DNA of 64,000 nucleotides from an uncultured Candidatus Saccharibacteria bacterium (lineage in GTDB: Bacteria; Patescibacteriota; Minisyncoccia; Phycocordibacterales; UBA9973): assembly GCA_964645245.1 (NCBI GenBank), contig CAZYBS010000001.1:91388-155387 (forward strand), written 5' to 3'. Position 1 is the first letter of the stretch, and every line of letters starts with the position of its first letter. Made by a program: the position numbers and the translations under genes. The notes below the pieces were generated by a model. It was not told the origin of the DNA. It did no database searches and worked only from the letters and a program-made list of their open reading frames with translations. Below, in pieces: positions 10,058 through 19,234 of this stretch.

Positions 10058-10134
10058 GTTCGTATCCAGACTACAGTGTTGTTTCAACCAACTTAACAAT
10101 AAGCTGAAACACTACTTTGTGTCTAGACGCGAAC
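10058..10134 (-). promoter_or_regulatory. Long imperfect hairpin in the pnp 5' leader
   Basis: GTTCGCGTCTAGAC...GTCTGGATACGAAC with an inner GTTTCAGC/GTTGAAAC stem. Confidence 0.55.
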
Positions 10135-10211
10135 CGGATTAACTAGTAAACCTGTCTGCCCTTTGGCGGATTCTTTTTATACTACCATTTTTAGACCAAA
10201 AAGCAAGAAAC

Positions 10212-10724
10212 TTATCTCACTCCAATCAAATATTTTCTGGGATTTTTAGATAAGTCCACAAAATCATCCGCGGCTTCGCGCAGTTTGCCGGATGTCGATT
10301 GGCCGAATGATACGACTTCCACCTGAATACCGGAGTGAATTTTCAGATATTCCACCAACGGCACGAAGTCTCCATCGCCAGAAACCAAAATCACCGCATC
10401 CAATTTAGGCGCCATGGTTATGGCATCAACGGCAATTCCAACGTCCCAATCAGCCTTTTTCATTCCTCCGGCGAAAACTTGCAAATCTTTTGTCTTGGTT
10501 TCAATGCCTAGCTTGGTCAATGCCTCAAAAAAATTCTTTTCATCGCCGGCTTCGGTGGTAATAACATAAGCCACTGCCCGAACCAATCTCCGACCGGCAA
10601 CCGCGTCTTTTAAAACCGCGCCGAAATTTACTCGCGCCTTATATAAATTGCGAGCCGAGTGGTATAAATTTTGAGTATCAATAAAAACTCCAACTCTCTG
10701 TTCCTTATGTTTAATAACGGTCAT
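10212..10724 (-). CDS. NYN domain protein (LabA/DUF88)
   Basis: VFIDTQN, DVGIAVD, LVSGDGDFVPL. Confidence 0.92.
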   Translation of the reverse strand: MTVIKHKEQRVGVFIDTQNLYHSARNLYKARVNFGAVLKDAVAGRRLVRAVAYVITTEAGDEKNFFEALTKLGIETKTKDLQVFAGGMKKADWDVGIAVDAITMAPKLDAVILVSGDGDFVPLVEYLKIHSGIQVEVVSFGQSTSGKLREAADDFVDLSKNPRKYLIGVR

Positions 10725-10740
10725 TGTATATAAAAATTAT

Positions 10741-11004
10741 TTATGCGAGCTCCATTTTCTTCATTAGAGCGTTGTAGCGAGGTTTGCTTGTTCTTTCTAA
10801 ATATTTCAAATGAGTGCGTCGGTCTGCCACCATCTTGATCAGCCCCCGGCGAGAATGATTGTCTTTTTTATGCTTTTTTAAATGCTTGGCTAACTCGTCA
10901 ATAGCGGCAGATATGACCGCCACCTGTACCTCCGGAGAGCCTGTATCTTTATCATGCATCTGATTTTTCTTTATAATCGCTTGCTTTTTCTTGGTTGCTA
11001 ACAT
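10741..11004 (-). CDS. rpsO: 30S ribosomal protein S15
   Basis: DTGSPEVQVA, HKKDNHSRRGL. Confidence 0.97.
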   Translation of the reverse strand: MLATKKKQAIIKKNQMHDKDTGSPEVQVAVISAAIDELAKHLKKHKKDNHSRRGLIKMVADRRTHLKYLERTSKPRYNALMKKMELA

Positions 11005-11043
11005 GCCTGTTATATTAGCATAAAAGGCTTAAAAATGCAATTC

Positions 11044-11089
11044 ACCTCACCCTTGCCCTCTCCTTGCCAAGGAGAGGGTTGGGAGAGGT
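11044..11089. repeat. REP-like palindrome, family A (intergenic copy)
   Basis: ACCTCACCCTTGCCCTCTCCTTGCCAAGGAGAGGGTTGGGAGAGGT; near-identical copies inside jag and polA. Confidence 0.85.
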
Positions 11090-11120
11090 CATGTCGCACA
11101 ATATTTGGTACAATTAAAGC

Positions 11121-12071
11121 ATGACATCCCTCAAGCAACTAAAAACTCAATTTTTGGAATATATAGAGATAGAAAAAGGCCGTTCGCTTAATACAGTAGA
11201 GAATTATGATCGTTACCTTGCTCGCTTTTTAAATTTTACAAAAAATGACAACCCTGTAAATATTACTGACACTATGGTGCGTGAATTCCGTTTGTGGCTC
11301 AACCGTCAGACTACCGGCAACAATAGAGCCACTGGGGAGACTTTATCCAAGAAAACTCAAAACTATTACTTAATAGCGTTGCGGGCATTTCTGAAGTATC
11401 TGGCCCGAGAAAATGTTAAGTCTATGCCGGCCGAACGTATAGAGTTGGCGAAAGTTGAAGAAAGGTCTCTTGACTTAATAACCGGCGTGGAATTGAAGAG
11501 GCTTCTGGGGTCACCCAAGGGCAATGACTTAAAAGACCTGCGAGACAAAGCCATCTTGGAACTTTTATTCTCTACCGGGTTGCGTGTTTCAGAATTATGT
11601 TCCCTAACTTCTGACATTGATTTAAGCTCGGAAGAATTATCTGTTCGCGGCAAGGGTGGAAAAGTACGCGTGGTTTTTATATCTTCTGATGCAAAAAATG
11701 CTGTAAAAAATTATTTAGCAGCCCGTAGAGACATGAGCGATGCTCTTTTTGTTCAAACCCCCTCTAACTCCCCCTTATCAGGGGGAGAGGGTTCCCCCCG
11801 CCCTGCGAAGGGAGGGGTTGGAGAGGGTCTGACTCGACGTTCTATAGAAAGAATAGTCAAACAACATGCGATAAAAGCGGGCATTTCGAAAAAAGTAAGT
11901 CCTCATACGTTGCGCCATATGTTTGCGACTGATTTGCTTGGCAACGGCGCTGACTTGCGTTCAGTGCAATCCTTGTTAGGCCATTCTAGTATCACCGCCA
12001 CGCAAATATACACCCACGTCACCGACAAACACTTACGCGATATCCATAAAAAATACCATAATAGAAAATAG
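11121..12071 (+). CDS. XerC/XerD-type tyrosine recombinase
   Basis: TGLRVSEL, VRGKGGK, SPHTLRH, LLGHSS, TQIYTH catalytic set. Confidence 0.93.
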   Translation: MTSLKQLKTQFLEYIEIEKGRSLNTVENYDRYLARFLNFTKNDNPVNITDTMVREFRLWLNRQTTGNNRATGETLSKKTQNYYLIALRAFLKYLARENVKSMPAERIELAKVEERSLDLITGVELKRLLGSPKGNDLKDLRDKAILELLFSTGLRVSELCSLTSDIDLSSEELSVRGKGGKVRVVFISSDAKNAVKNYLAARRDMSDALFVQTPSNSPLSGGEGSPRPAKGGVGEGLTRRSIERIVKQHAIKAGISKKVSPHTLRHMFATDLLGNGADLRSVQSLLGHSSITATQIYTHVTDKHLRDIHKKYHNRK

Positions 12072-12178
12072 TTTTATTCATGAAACATAGTTGCAAAATC
12101 TAATTTGCGTGGTAGGCTTCAAGTTGAGTCACGCTCTTTAGTGGCTCATTAGCAACTCAGTAGCGAAAGGAGTCGCGA

Positions 12179-12376
12179 ATGCGAGCTGCACATATTGCCA
12201 AAAGAAAGTCGCTGAAGAAAGGGGCTGCGAACCGTCTCGGAGTGTCGCTCGATGCGCTGGGGTGGGTTGATGGCCAGCTCATCTTCCTCGCCAGCAACAC
12301 GACAGTGGACGGGATCCCCGTGGTCCCGAAACCCCCCAAACCGACGACGAGTCACAAGCACGGTCGGCACTTCTAA
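12179..12376 (+). CDS. Orphan small basic protein
   Basis: AAAGGAG SD, GC-richer than flanks, downstream GC hairpin at about 12409-12436. Confidence 0.5.
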   Translation: MRAAHIAKRKSLKKGAANRLGVSLDALGWVDGQLIFLASNTTVDGIPVVPKPPKPTTSHKHGRHF

Positions 12377-12474
12377 TTTAATTGGGCATCGCTGACCGAA
12401 AAACATCACTCCCCTGCCGGGTATCTCGGCGGGGGATCTCACTTTATAGAAACATCTTATGCTACAATTCTTTC

Positions 12475-13257
12475 ATGCGTATTATCAGCTGGAATACAAA
12501 TGGCTTGCGGGCGACGGTGAAACAGGGATTTTTCGCTCCCTTATTTGCGGGCAGACCGGATATTTTATGCTTGCAGGAAACCAAAGCGGAGCCGGAGCAG
12601 TTACCGGAAGAAGTGCGAAATGTGCCCGGGTATTATTCTTATTTTTCGCATCCGAAAGTTAAAAAAGGCTATAGCGGAGTGGCTATTTATTCCAAAGAAA
12701 AATCCAAAGAAGTTTTCTATGGGATGGGCACCCTCCTCGGCGGGCAAGTAAAAAAATTAGACGACGAGGGCAGATTAATCGGCGTCAAGTATAAAGACTT
12801 TACACTTATTAACGTGTATTTCCCAAACGGCGGCCAAGGTCCGCATAGATTGAAATACAAACTGGAATTTTATGAGGCATTTTTGAAATTTATCCTGAAA
12901 TTGCGAAAGGCCGGCGAAAATGTGATTTTCTGCGGGGACGTAAACACCGCCCATACGGAAATAGACCTGGCCCGCCCGAAAGAAAATATTGAAAACACTG
13001 GATTTTTGCCGATTGAACGCGCTTGGATAGATAAAGTGGTGAAAAATAATTTTATAGATGTCTGGAGATATTTTTATCCAAATAAAATTGACGCATATAC
13101 CTATTGGGATATGAAAACTTTTGCCAGGGACAGAAATGTCGGCTGGCGAATGGATTATTTTTTTGCAGACATAAAAATTCTCTCTAAGATCAAAAACACC
13201 GGTACAATCCAGAACTATATGGGTTCGGACCATTGCCCAATTTGGCTGGAAATATAA
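12475..13257 (+). CDS. xth: Exodeoxyribonuclease III (start revised)
   Basis: MRIISWNTNGLRA, LCLQETK, GDVNTAH, GWRMDY, GSDHCP. Confidence 0.95.
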   Translation: MRIISWNTNGLRATVKQGFFAPLFAGRPDILCLQETKAEPEQLPEEVRNVPGYYSYFSHPKVKKGYSGVAIYSKEKSKEVFYGMGTLLGGQVKKLDDEGRLIGVKYKDFTLINVYFPNGGQGPHRLKYKLEFYEAFLKFILKLRKAGENVIFCGDVNTAHTEIDLARPKENIENTGFLPIERAWIDKVVKNNFIDVWRYFYPNKIDAYTYWDMKTFARDRNVGWRMDYFFADIKILSKIKNTGTIQNYMGSDHCPIWLEI

Positions 13258-13337
13258 AATAATTCCTTAATATATCATATATGATGGGTTTAAAAAATAC
13301 TCTGCTACGATATATCGTAGTATAAGGAAAAGTAAAT

Positions 13338-13377
13338 AAAAAAAGCCAGCGCTCCCTTCCGGTGTTGCTGGCTTTTC
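13338..13377. terminator. Probable bidirectional intrinsic terminator
   Basis: AAAAGCCAGC...GCTGGCTTTT between convergent genes. Confidence 0.65.
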
Positions 13378-13404
13378 ATTGAGAGGTTGATCAGGACTCT
13401 CAGC

Positions 13405-13656
13405 CTAGGGGTGTGGGATCCAAATCATAGGAGCAGGCAGGGCTTCTTGCGAAGTCTGCCCTTTAACCGCACCGGTAACCGCGAACGCAAACGCCCAGAA
13501 TTCATCTACGAGAGTATCGAGCATTACATATGCTCCGAGTCCCTCAGACAAAGCTCTGACGTGCTGTTCAACGACGCGCTCCAATGCTTCTCTTTTCTCT
13601 GGCGGCAAGTCGGCCAACCAGATGGGCCGCGAACGGAGATCGATTAGTCTGTTCAT
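13405..13656 (-). CDS. Orphan small protein
   Basis: GAGGA SD, own terminator, divergent from TrmB-2. Confidence 0.55.
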   Translation of the reverse strand: MNRLIDLRSRPIWLADLPPEKREALERVVEQHVRALSEGLGAYVMLDTLVDEFWAFAFAVTGAVKGQTSQEALPAPMIWIPHP

Positions 13657-13741
13657 GGTTTTCCTCTTGACTGTTGTAAAGGAACCGTTGTTCTGTCGCG
13701 TTATTGCAACAGAATCTTACCCGATTACAATTTATCACTAT

Positions 13742-13778
13742 TTGACAATGATTGATATAGTGTCGTATACTTACGACA
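13742..13778 (+). promoter_or_regulatory. TrmB-2 promoter with a palindromic operator over the -10 box
   Basis: TTGACA 13742-13747; TATACT 13766-13771 inside TGTCGTA-TACT-TACGACA (13761-13778). Confidence 0.65.
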
Positions 13779-13780
13779 AC

Positions 13781-14572
13781 ATGATAGAAAACATCTTAAA
13801 ATCACTTAGTTTCGACGAGGACGAAGTAAAGACATATCTTTACCTTTTAGAACGCGGACCTTTGACTGCTGGCGCTTTGGCAAAAAGTTTAGGCGTCCCT
13901 CGTTCCTCGATATATGGATTTCTAAAACGGCTCGCAGGCGATAACTTGGTGGTGGAGTCTCAAAAAAGCGGGATAAAAATATTTTCCGCTGAATTGCCAG
14001 AAAAAATAAATTTGTTGTTCAGTCAGAAAATGGAAATTTTACAGAAAGCACAAGACGACTACATAAAAATATTACCCGAACTGAAAAGTAAGAAGGGTGA
14101 AAAATATCAAACTCCAAAATTTCAAGTATTTGAGGGTGCGGAAGAATTAAAAAACGCCCTCAAAGACATGCTTTTATATCGTGACATAAAAACTCAAGCC
14201 TACTGGCCACAAAAAAAGATGGTGGAAATTTTGGGTGGAGAATTTTTCCGTTACCATAACCAGGAACGCATCAAAAATAACATTTCAGTACATGCAATTT
14301 GGCCACAACATCAAAAAGTGGAAGTTAAGAACCATCCGTATTTCGGCAGCGGCAAAGAATTTCTGCGTGAAATTCGTATCACTCCCCCAGGTATCGATTT
14401 TCATATGGGTTATTGGATTTATGGCAATAAAATTGTTTTTATTTCATCAACTCAAGAAAGTTTCGGCTTTATAGTACAAAGCCAAGAAATGGCGCAGATG
14501 TTAAAAACACAATTTGAAATCTTGTGGCAAATATCCAGGCCACTTCTAGATAAATCAAGAAAGTTTAACTAA
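13781..14572 (+). CDS. TrmB-family transcriptional regulator (start revised)
   Basis: LSFDEDEVKTYLYLL...VPRSSIYGFLKRL wHTH; FQVFEG; WIYGNKI. Confidence 0.85.
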   Translation: MIENILKSLSFDEDEVKTYLYLLERGPLTAGALAKSLGVPRSSIYGFLKRLAGDNLVVESQKSGIKIFSAELPEKINLLFSQKMEILQKAQDDYIKILPELKSKKGEKYQTPKFQVFEGAEELKNALKDMLLYRDIKTQAYWPQKKMVEILGGEFFRYHNQERIKNNISVHAIWPQHQKVEVKNHPYFGSGKEFLREIRITPPGIDFHMGYWIYGNKIVFISSTQESFGFIVQSQEMAQMLKTQFEILWQISRPLLDKSRKFN

Positions 14573-14642
14573 TTCCGGCTTCACTTTCCCGCCGGACCAC
14601 TGCCCGGTTTGGATTGAATTATAATTATGTTATAATCTAGCT

Positions 14643-14897
14643 ATGGTTAAAAAGGCGACAATAAAAACTAAATACGGCCCCTTTCATTGTGTCTTTGAAC
14701 CCGAAAAGGATATGGGCGGGTACACAGCCGAGGCTCGCGATGTGCAAGGCGCAGTTTCTTGGGGTAAAAACTTAAATGAGGCAAAAAAAATGATTGCGGA
14801 AGCAATCGAAGGGATAATTGAAGCTGAAGCTGTTTACCAAGCACAAAAATCCGGCTTGGTGCGTATAATAAACAAAAAACTTCCTCACTTTGCATGA
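14643..14897 (+). CDS. hicB: HicB-family antitoxin (short, no clear DNA-binding domain)
   Basis: FEPEKDMGGYTA...GAVSWGKNLNEAKKMIAEAI. Confidence 0.85.
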   Translation: MVKKATIKTKYGPFHCVFEPEKDMGGYTAEARDVQGAVSWGKNLNEAKKMIAEAIEGIIEAEAVYQAQKSGLVRIINKKLPHFA

Positions 14898-15115
14898 GTA
14901 TTCTGCCTATTCTAGTCGCTCGCGTAGTCATGACGAAGCTAATCAGGGCTGGTTTTCGGTATGTTGGCACGAAAGGCAGCCACTACATCTTCAAAAATTT
15001 TATAAATGGGCGACGCACTTCTGTGCCCTATCACAGTAAAACAATAGGCCGCGGATTGCTAAGCAAGATCATCAAGCAAGCCGGACTTACGGTCAAACAG
15101 TTTCTGGATCTTTAG
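14894..15115 (+). CDS. hicA: HicA-family mRNA interferase toxin
   Basis: LIRAGF...KGSH...TSVPYH...GLLSKIIKQAGL. Confidence 0.88.
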   Translation: MSILPILVARVVMTKLIRAGFRYVGTKGSHYIFKNFINGRRTSVPYHSKTIGRGLLSKIIKQAGLTVKQFLDL

Positions 15116-15136
15116 ATTGTGTGTTATATTACTGTT

Positions 15137-15799
15137 ATGTCTCACACACGCCTAGACCAGCTTTCGGACGGAATTTTTGCCATCGTGATGACGATTCTGG
15201 TTTTTGAAATTAAAGTGCCGGTCATTTGGGGACCGGTAGACAACTTAGGGCTCTGGTTTGAAATTAAAAAATTGCTTCCACCTTTTTTGAGCTACGTCTT
15301 ATCTTTCACCCTGCTCTTCACCTATTGGCGGGCACACCATTTTTTCGTTTCTATCTACGCGAAAAATGTGGACAGCATGCTCACGAATATCAATGCACTC
15401 TTTTTTATGCTTGTTTCTTTGGTGCCTTTTTCCGCCAGTGTTTTGGGTCAATTTCCGGAAAATGAATTATCTATTATCATCTTCGGCGCGCATATAATTT
15501 TAATCGGCCTTACTCTATACTGGATGCGCAGATATGTGCTTTACTCAGAACACATCAAAAATCCGGAAATCAGCAAAAGAGAAATTCGCGGCAGCACCAT
15601 CCGCACTTTAGTGCCCGTATTTTTCGCCCTCATCGCCATCCCCTTATCTTTTTGGAATATAAAAATTTCCCTGACCCTATTTACCTTGGCGGTAATTTTC
15701 AATCTCTTCTCTTATAGCAGCCGCCTTTTTGAAAATATAATGAAAGCAATCCATCACGCCCTTTTTGGCGCCGACACCAAAGGCCACTTTGCGGATTAA
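15137..15799 (+). CDS. TMEM175-family K+ channel (DUF1211)
   Basis: RLDQLSDGIFAIVMTILV signature; YWRAHH; about 6 TMs. Confidence 0.88.
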   Translation: MSHTRLDQLSDGIFAIVMTILVFEIKVPVIWGPVDNLGLWFEIKKLLPPFLSYVLSFTLLFTYWRAHHFFVSIYAKNVDSMLTNINALFFMLVSLVPFSASVLGQFPENELSIIIFGAHIILIGLTLYWMRRYVLYSEHIKNPEISKREIRGSTIRTLVPVFFALIAIPLSFWNIKISLTLFTLAVIFNLFSYSSRLFENIMKAIHHALFGADTKGHFAD

Positions 15800-16584
15800 A
15801 AAGCTTTTTTTAACTCCTGACTTAACCGTTTTGCTTCAGGCCAGGCAAGTTCAAAAGCTTTTTTCATAGCATCGGCGATTTCCCGGCTTTCTATGATAAT
15901 TCCTAATTTTTCCTTCCAGGAAGCGATCATCACTTTATTGTCATAAATATTTATCTCCGGAGAAAAATAATATTTGTCAGCCGGGACCAGGGCTGACTCG
16001 CGAGCTTCTTTATTATCTTCTTTGGCGCGTTCAAATCCCGCTTCGTTAGTGGGGAAAATTGCCCTGATAGAAATCCCCTTATTAGTCCGGCGCTTATAAT
16101 AAAGGGGGAAGTAATGCGGCAGAGCTTCATGCATCTCGCTCACATTAGCATAGGCTCTGATGGTTTCATGAGACGAAAGCGTATCCTCATAAACTTTTTC
16201 CAAGCCCTCTTTCCCTTCGTAGAATAAAACCTTCGGTCTGTCTGCCACATTGTGCATTGATTTTAATTCGGGAATTATTTTTCTCGCTTCTTTTATAAAT
16301 GCCTGGTCATTTTCAACTTTCTGCAAGAGCATTTTCTCAATTTGGTCGGGAGACTCTGCCACATATTCCTGCTTGGGCTCTTTGCCGGAAACCCTGACCA
16401 GCCCTTTCACTTCGAGCGAATCCAAGATGTGATATCCAGTCGGGCGATTAATCCCCGCTTTGCGGGAAATAACCGTAACCGTGCCTTTTCCTAAAGAAAG
16501 CAGTGCTAAATATACCAAAACTTCTTTCTCGGAAAATCCGATATGTTCTAAAGTTTTTTTAAAATCCAAATTTTCATTTCTCAT
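15796..16584 (-). CDS. TrmB-family transcriptional regulator, close paralog of 2806-3597
   Basis: Shares GKEPKQEYxAESP, FYEGxEGLEKVYEDTL and EINIYDNKVMIASW with 2806-3597. Confidence 0.87.
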   Translation of the reverse strand: MRNENLDFKKTLEHIGFSEKEVLVYLALLSLGKGTVTVISRKAGINRPTGYHILDSLEVKGLVRVSGKEPKQEYVAESPDQIEKMLLQKVENDQAFIKEARKIIPELKSMHNVADRPKVLFYEGKEGLEKVYEDTLSSHETIRAYANVSEMHEALPHYFPLYYKRRTNKGISIRAIFPTNEAGFERAKEDNKEARESALVPADKYYFSPEINIYDNKVMIASWKEKLGIIIESREIADAMKKAFELAWPEAKRLSQELKKAF

Positions 16585-16590
16585 ATTATA

Positions 16591-16728
16591 AGTATATTAC
16601 AAAAGCTATAAATTTGTCAATAGCGACGAACAAAATTAGTGTTAATTACTTTTAACCTTGTAAAAAGGCTAGTTTCCTGCACTTTTTTGTTCGTAATGCT
16701 TGACATTATGTTTCTAATATGCTATGCT
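16591..16728. promoter_or_regulatory. Divergent promoter pair (TrmB-3 / orphan gene) with inverted repeat
   Basis: TTGACA at 16615-16620(-) and 16700-16705(+); IR ACGAACAAAA...TTTTGTTCGT. Confidence 0.65.
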
Positions 16729-16792
16729 TGTCTCAGATATTAGAACTGTCCTTCGTAAACCTTTTTGCGCTTAATTGCGCGGGAGAAAGACC

Positions 16793-17215
16793 ATGAAACA
16801 AGAAGTTATTTTTGTCACAGCCCCCACGAGCAACCCGAATGAGGAGGCTGGTTCCCGTCAGGTCATCAATGCCTGCAATGAACTTGAGGTGGAGCTTCTG
16901 ACACGAGCCATTGAGGAGCACACACCAACGTTCAAGAGTAACAATGTGCTGGCCCTCATCACCAAGAAGGTCATTCACACCGTTCGCCATGAGTGTCCAT
17001 GTTGTTATCCCGTTCTAACGGCTCTAGTTGAAGTGACTTGTATTAATCTTCACTGGACCGAAGATCAGAGAACAGTTTCGGGACTATACAAGGTCAGTAT
17101 TGGACCCGAGGCGATGGGTGGTGGTCCCACAAAGATTACTGTGACAAAGCTCGCTGTCACAGAAACGGTGATCTTTGAAGAGGCCATCGCCGGGCATCCT
17201 CTCCGTAGAAGATAG
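16793..17215 (+). CDS. Orphan hypothetical protein
   Basis: GGGAG SD before ATG 16793; 140 aa; no recognised motif. Confidence 0.65.
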   Translation: MKQEVIFVTAPTSNPNEEAGSRQVINACNELEVELLTRAIEEHTPTFKSNNVLALITKKVIHTVRHECPCCYPVLTALVEVTCINLHWTEDQRTVSGLYKVSIGPEAMGGGPTKITVTKLAVTETVIFEEAIAGHPLRRR

Positions 17216-17283
17216 AGGATAAAACGTAAGTCCGCGCGTCAGCCGGACACATCGAGGCGAGCTTATTTCATAACTCGCCTCAA

Positions 17284-17332
17284 CTGTAGCAAAGTATTTG
17301 CTTTGCCTGATGAGCTCAAAAGAGCGAAACGG
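17284..17332 (+). ncRNA. Hammerhead ribozyme, type III
   Basis: CUGUA/ stem I GCAAAG-UAUUUG-CUUUGC, CUGAUGA, stem II GCUC-AAAA-GAGC, GAAA-CGG pairing back to CUGU. Confidence 0.88.
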
Positions 17333-17367
17333 ATTATTAGTGATATAATTAATTTAATATATTCATA

Positions 17368-17394
17368 CCAGATAGCGCCTAAGGCGCTATCTGG
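17368..17394. repeat. Palindrome CCAGATAGCGCC-TAA-GGCGCTATCTGG
   Basis: Perfect 12-bp arms; related longer copy at 43178-43223. Confidence 0.7.
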
Positions 17395-17402
17395 AGAAAG
17401 TT

Positions 17403-19121
17403 ATGCAAAAGAACTGCAAAAATTGTAAAAAAGATTTTGAAATAGACAAGGAGGATTTGGATTTTTACGAGAAAATGAAAGCGCTGGCGCCAAATTATTG
17501 CCCGCCCTGCCGAATGGCGCGCCGGCTTTGCTTTCGCAACGAAAGGACTTTGTATAAAAGAACTTGCAGTAAAAGTGGAAAGCAAGTAATTTCTATCTAT
17601 CCGGAAAACACTCCCTTCCCCGTCTACGACCAGCATGTTTGGTGGGGCGATGAATGGGATGCGATAGATTACGGACAGGATTATAAACCCAATCGCTCAT
17701 TTTTTGAACAATTTTTAGAACTAAAAAATAAAGTTCCAAGAATTTCGCTTCTTAATATAAACTCAGTAAATAGCGAATATTGCAACAACGTTGAGGACCA
17801 TAAAAATTGCTATTTAGTCTTTGCCGCCCAATTAAATGAAGACTGCATGTACGGGCGATTGATGTACAGGAATAAATTTGCCGTTGATTCCGATTTTATC
17901 CAGGATTCCGAGCTTTGCTATGAATGCATAGACTCTCGCAAATGCCACAAATGCCTATACTCGGAAAATTGCGAAGCCTGCATTGACCTCCTGTTTTGCT
18001 TTGATATGCGCGACTGCCAGAATTGCATATTTTCCACCAATTTGAGGCATAAAAAATATCATATTTTTAACCAGCCAGTCTCTAAAGAAGAATATGAGCA
18101 AAAGAAAAAAGAAATTTTCTCTTCTTATGCAAAATTGGAGGAGGCCGAAAAAGAATTTGAGGACTTGAAAAAGCTTGGGCTGGTGAAATTTTCCCACCAG
18201 GTAAAATGCAAAAATGCTACCGGCGATTATATGTACAATTGCCACGACGTGGTACGAGGCTTTGACACAGAAGATGCGAAAAATTGCAAATATGTTGCCG
18301 ATGCCGAAGGCCCAATTGATTCCTATGACCTGAACAATACTTACTATAAACCAGAACTGTGTTTAGACTCAATGGGCATGCTACAAACGTATAATGTTAA
18401 ACACTGCGCATATACTCTATACTCAAGCAACTCGGAATATTGCGACAGTTTGAATAATTCCGACAGCTGTTTCGGCTGTGTCGGATTGAAAAAGAAAAAG
18501 TATTGTATTTTGAATAAGCAATATAGCAAAGAAGAGTATGAAAAACTAAAGGAGCAGATTATAGAAAGCATGAAGAAAGAGGGTGTGTATGGAGATTTTT
18601 CACCACCTTCACTTTCTCCTTTCGGTTACAACGAAACCTTAGCAATGGAATATTTTCCGATGAGTGAAAAAGAAGCCAAGGAAAAGAATTTTAATTGGCA
18701 AAAAGAAACAAGCGGCACATACGGCAAGGAAACTATTAAAGAAGAAAATATGCCGCAAACTATCGAAGAGGTTACGGAAGACCCGCCTGACGGACGGGCA
18801 GGCATTTTAAATCAAGTATTGGTCTGCAAAGACTGCAAAAAGAATTTCCGCATCACCAAGTCCGAATTTGATTTTTATAAGAGGATGAATATCCCCCTCC
18901 CCCATAAAGATTTCGAGTGCCGGCATCAGGACCGAATGAAAAAGCGCAATCCCCGCCAGCTTTGGCGCCGCGCTTGTATGTGTGGTTCGGCAGGCTCACC
19001 ACAGGCGACTGCAAATCACGGCCATGAAGGTAAATGCTTGAATGAATTCGAAACCTCCTATTCTCCTGACCGCCCGGAGACAGTCTATTGCGAAACCTGC
19101 TACCAGCAGGAAGTTTCTTAA
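17403..19121 (+). CDS. Cys-rich zinc-binding repeat protein of the type common in CPR
   Basis: CKNC..F, CPPCR, many CxxCxxS repeats, C-terminal VYCETCYQQEV. Confidence 0.8.
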   Translation: MQKNCKNCKKDFEIDKEDLDFYEKMKALAPNYCPPCRMARRLCFRNERTLYKRTCSKSGKQVISIYPENTPFPVYDQHVWWGDEWDAIDYGQDYKPNRSFFEQFLELKNKVPRISLLNINSVNSEYCNNVEDHKNCYLVFAAQLNEDCMYGRLMYRNKFAVDSDFIQDSELCYECIDSRKCHKCLYSENCEACIDLLFCFDMRDCQNCIFSTNLRHKKYHIFNQPVSKEEYEQKKKEIFSSYAKLEEAEKEFEDLKKLGLVKFSHQVKCKNATGDYMYNCHDVVRGFDTEDAKNCKYVADAEGPIDSYDLNNTYYKPELCLDSMGMLQTYNVKHCAYTLYSSNSEYCDSLNNSDSCFGCVGLKKKKYCILNKQYSKEEYEKLKEQIIESMKKEGVYGDFSPPSLSPFGYNETLAMEYFPMSEKEAKEKNFNWQKETSGTYGKETIKEENMPQTIEEVTEDPPDGRAGILNQVLVCKDCKKNFRITKSEFDFYKRMNIPLPHKDFECRHQDRMKKRNPRQLWRRACMCGSAGSPQATANHGHEGKCLNEFETSYSPDRPETVYCETCYQQEVS

Positions 19122-19233
19122 AGTTTTTAAAATGAAACTTTTGAAGGGGTTTCGAGGCTGGCGAGCCGAGAACTTCAGGATTTTTTAAGCTTCAAAAAAT
19201 CCGTACCGGAAAAAGTTTGTATTTTAAAAACTT
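19121..19233. repeat. Long-hairpin element, family C (intergenic)
   Basis: AAGTTTTTAAAAT-GAAACTTTT...AAAAGTTT-GT-ATTTTAAAAACTT arms; inner GGCTGGCGAGCCGAGA and GGATTTTTT/AAAAAATCC. Confidence 0.75.
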
Positions 19234-19234
19234 A

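Noticed and set aside
13274-13320. Palindromes ATCATATATGAT and CTACGATATATCGTAG
   Set aside because: Short, AT-rich and between convergent genes; no supportable function
11121-17215. Prophage or integron built on the tyrosine recombinase
   Set aside because: Protein looks like chromosomal Xer; its insert is a family A palindrome rather than the IntI patch; no attC array or phage genes seen
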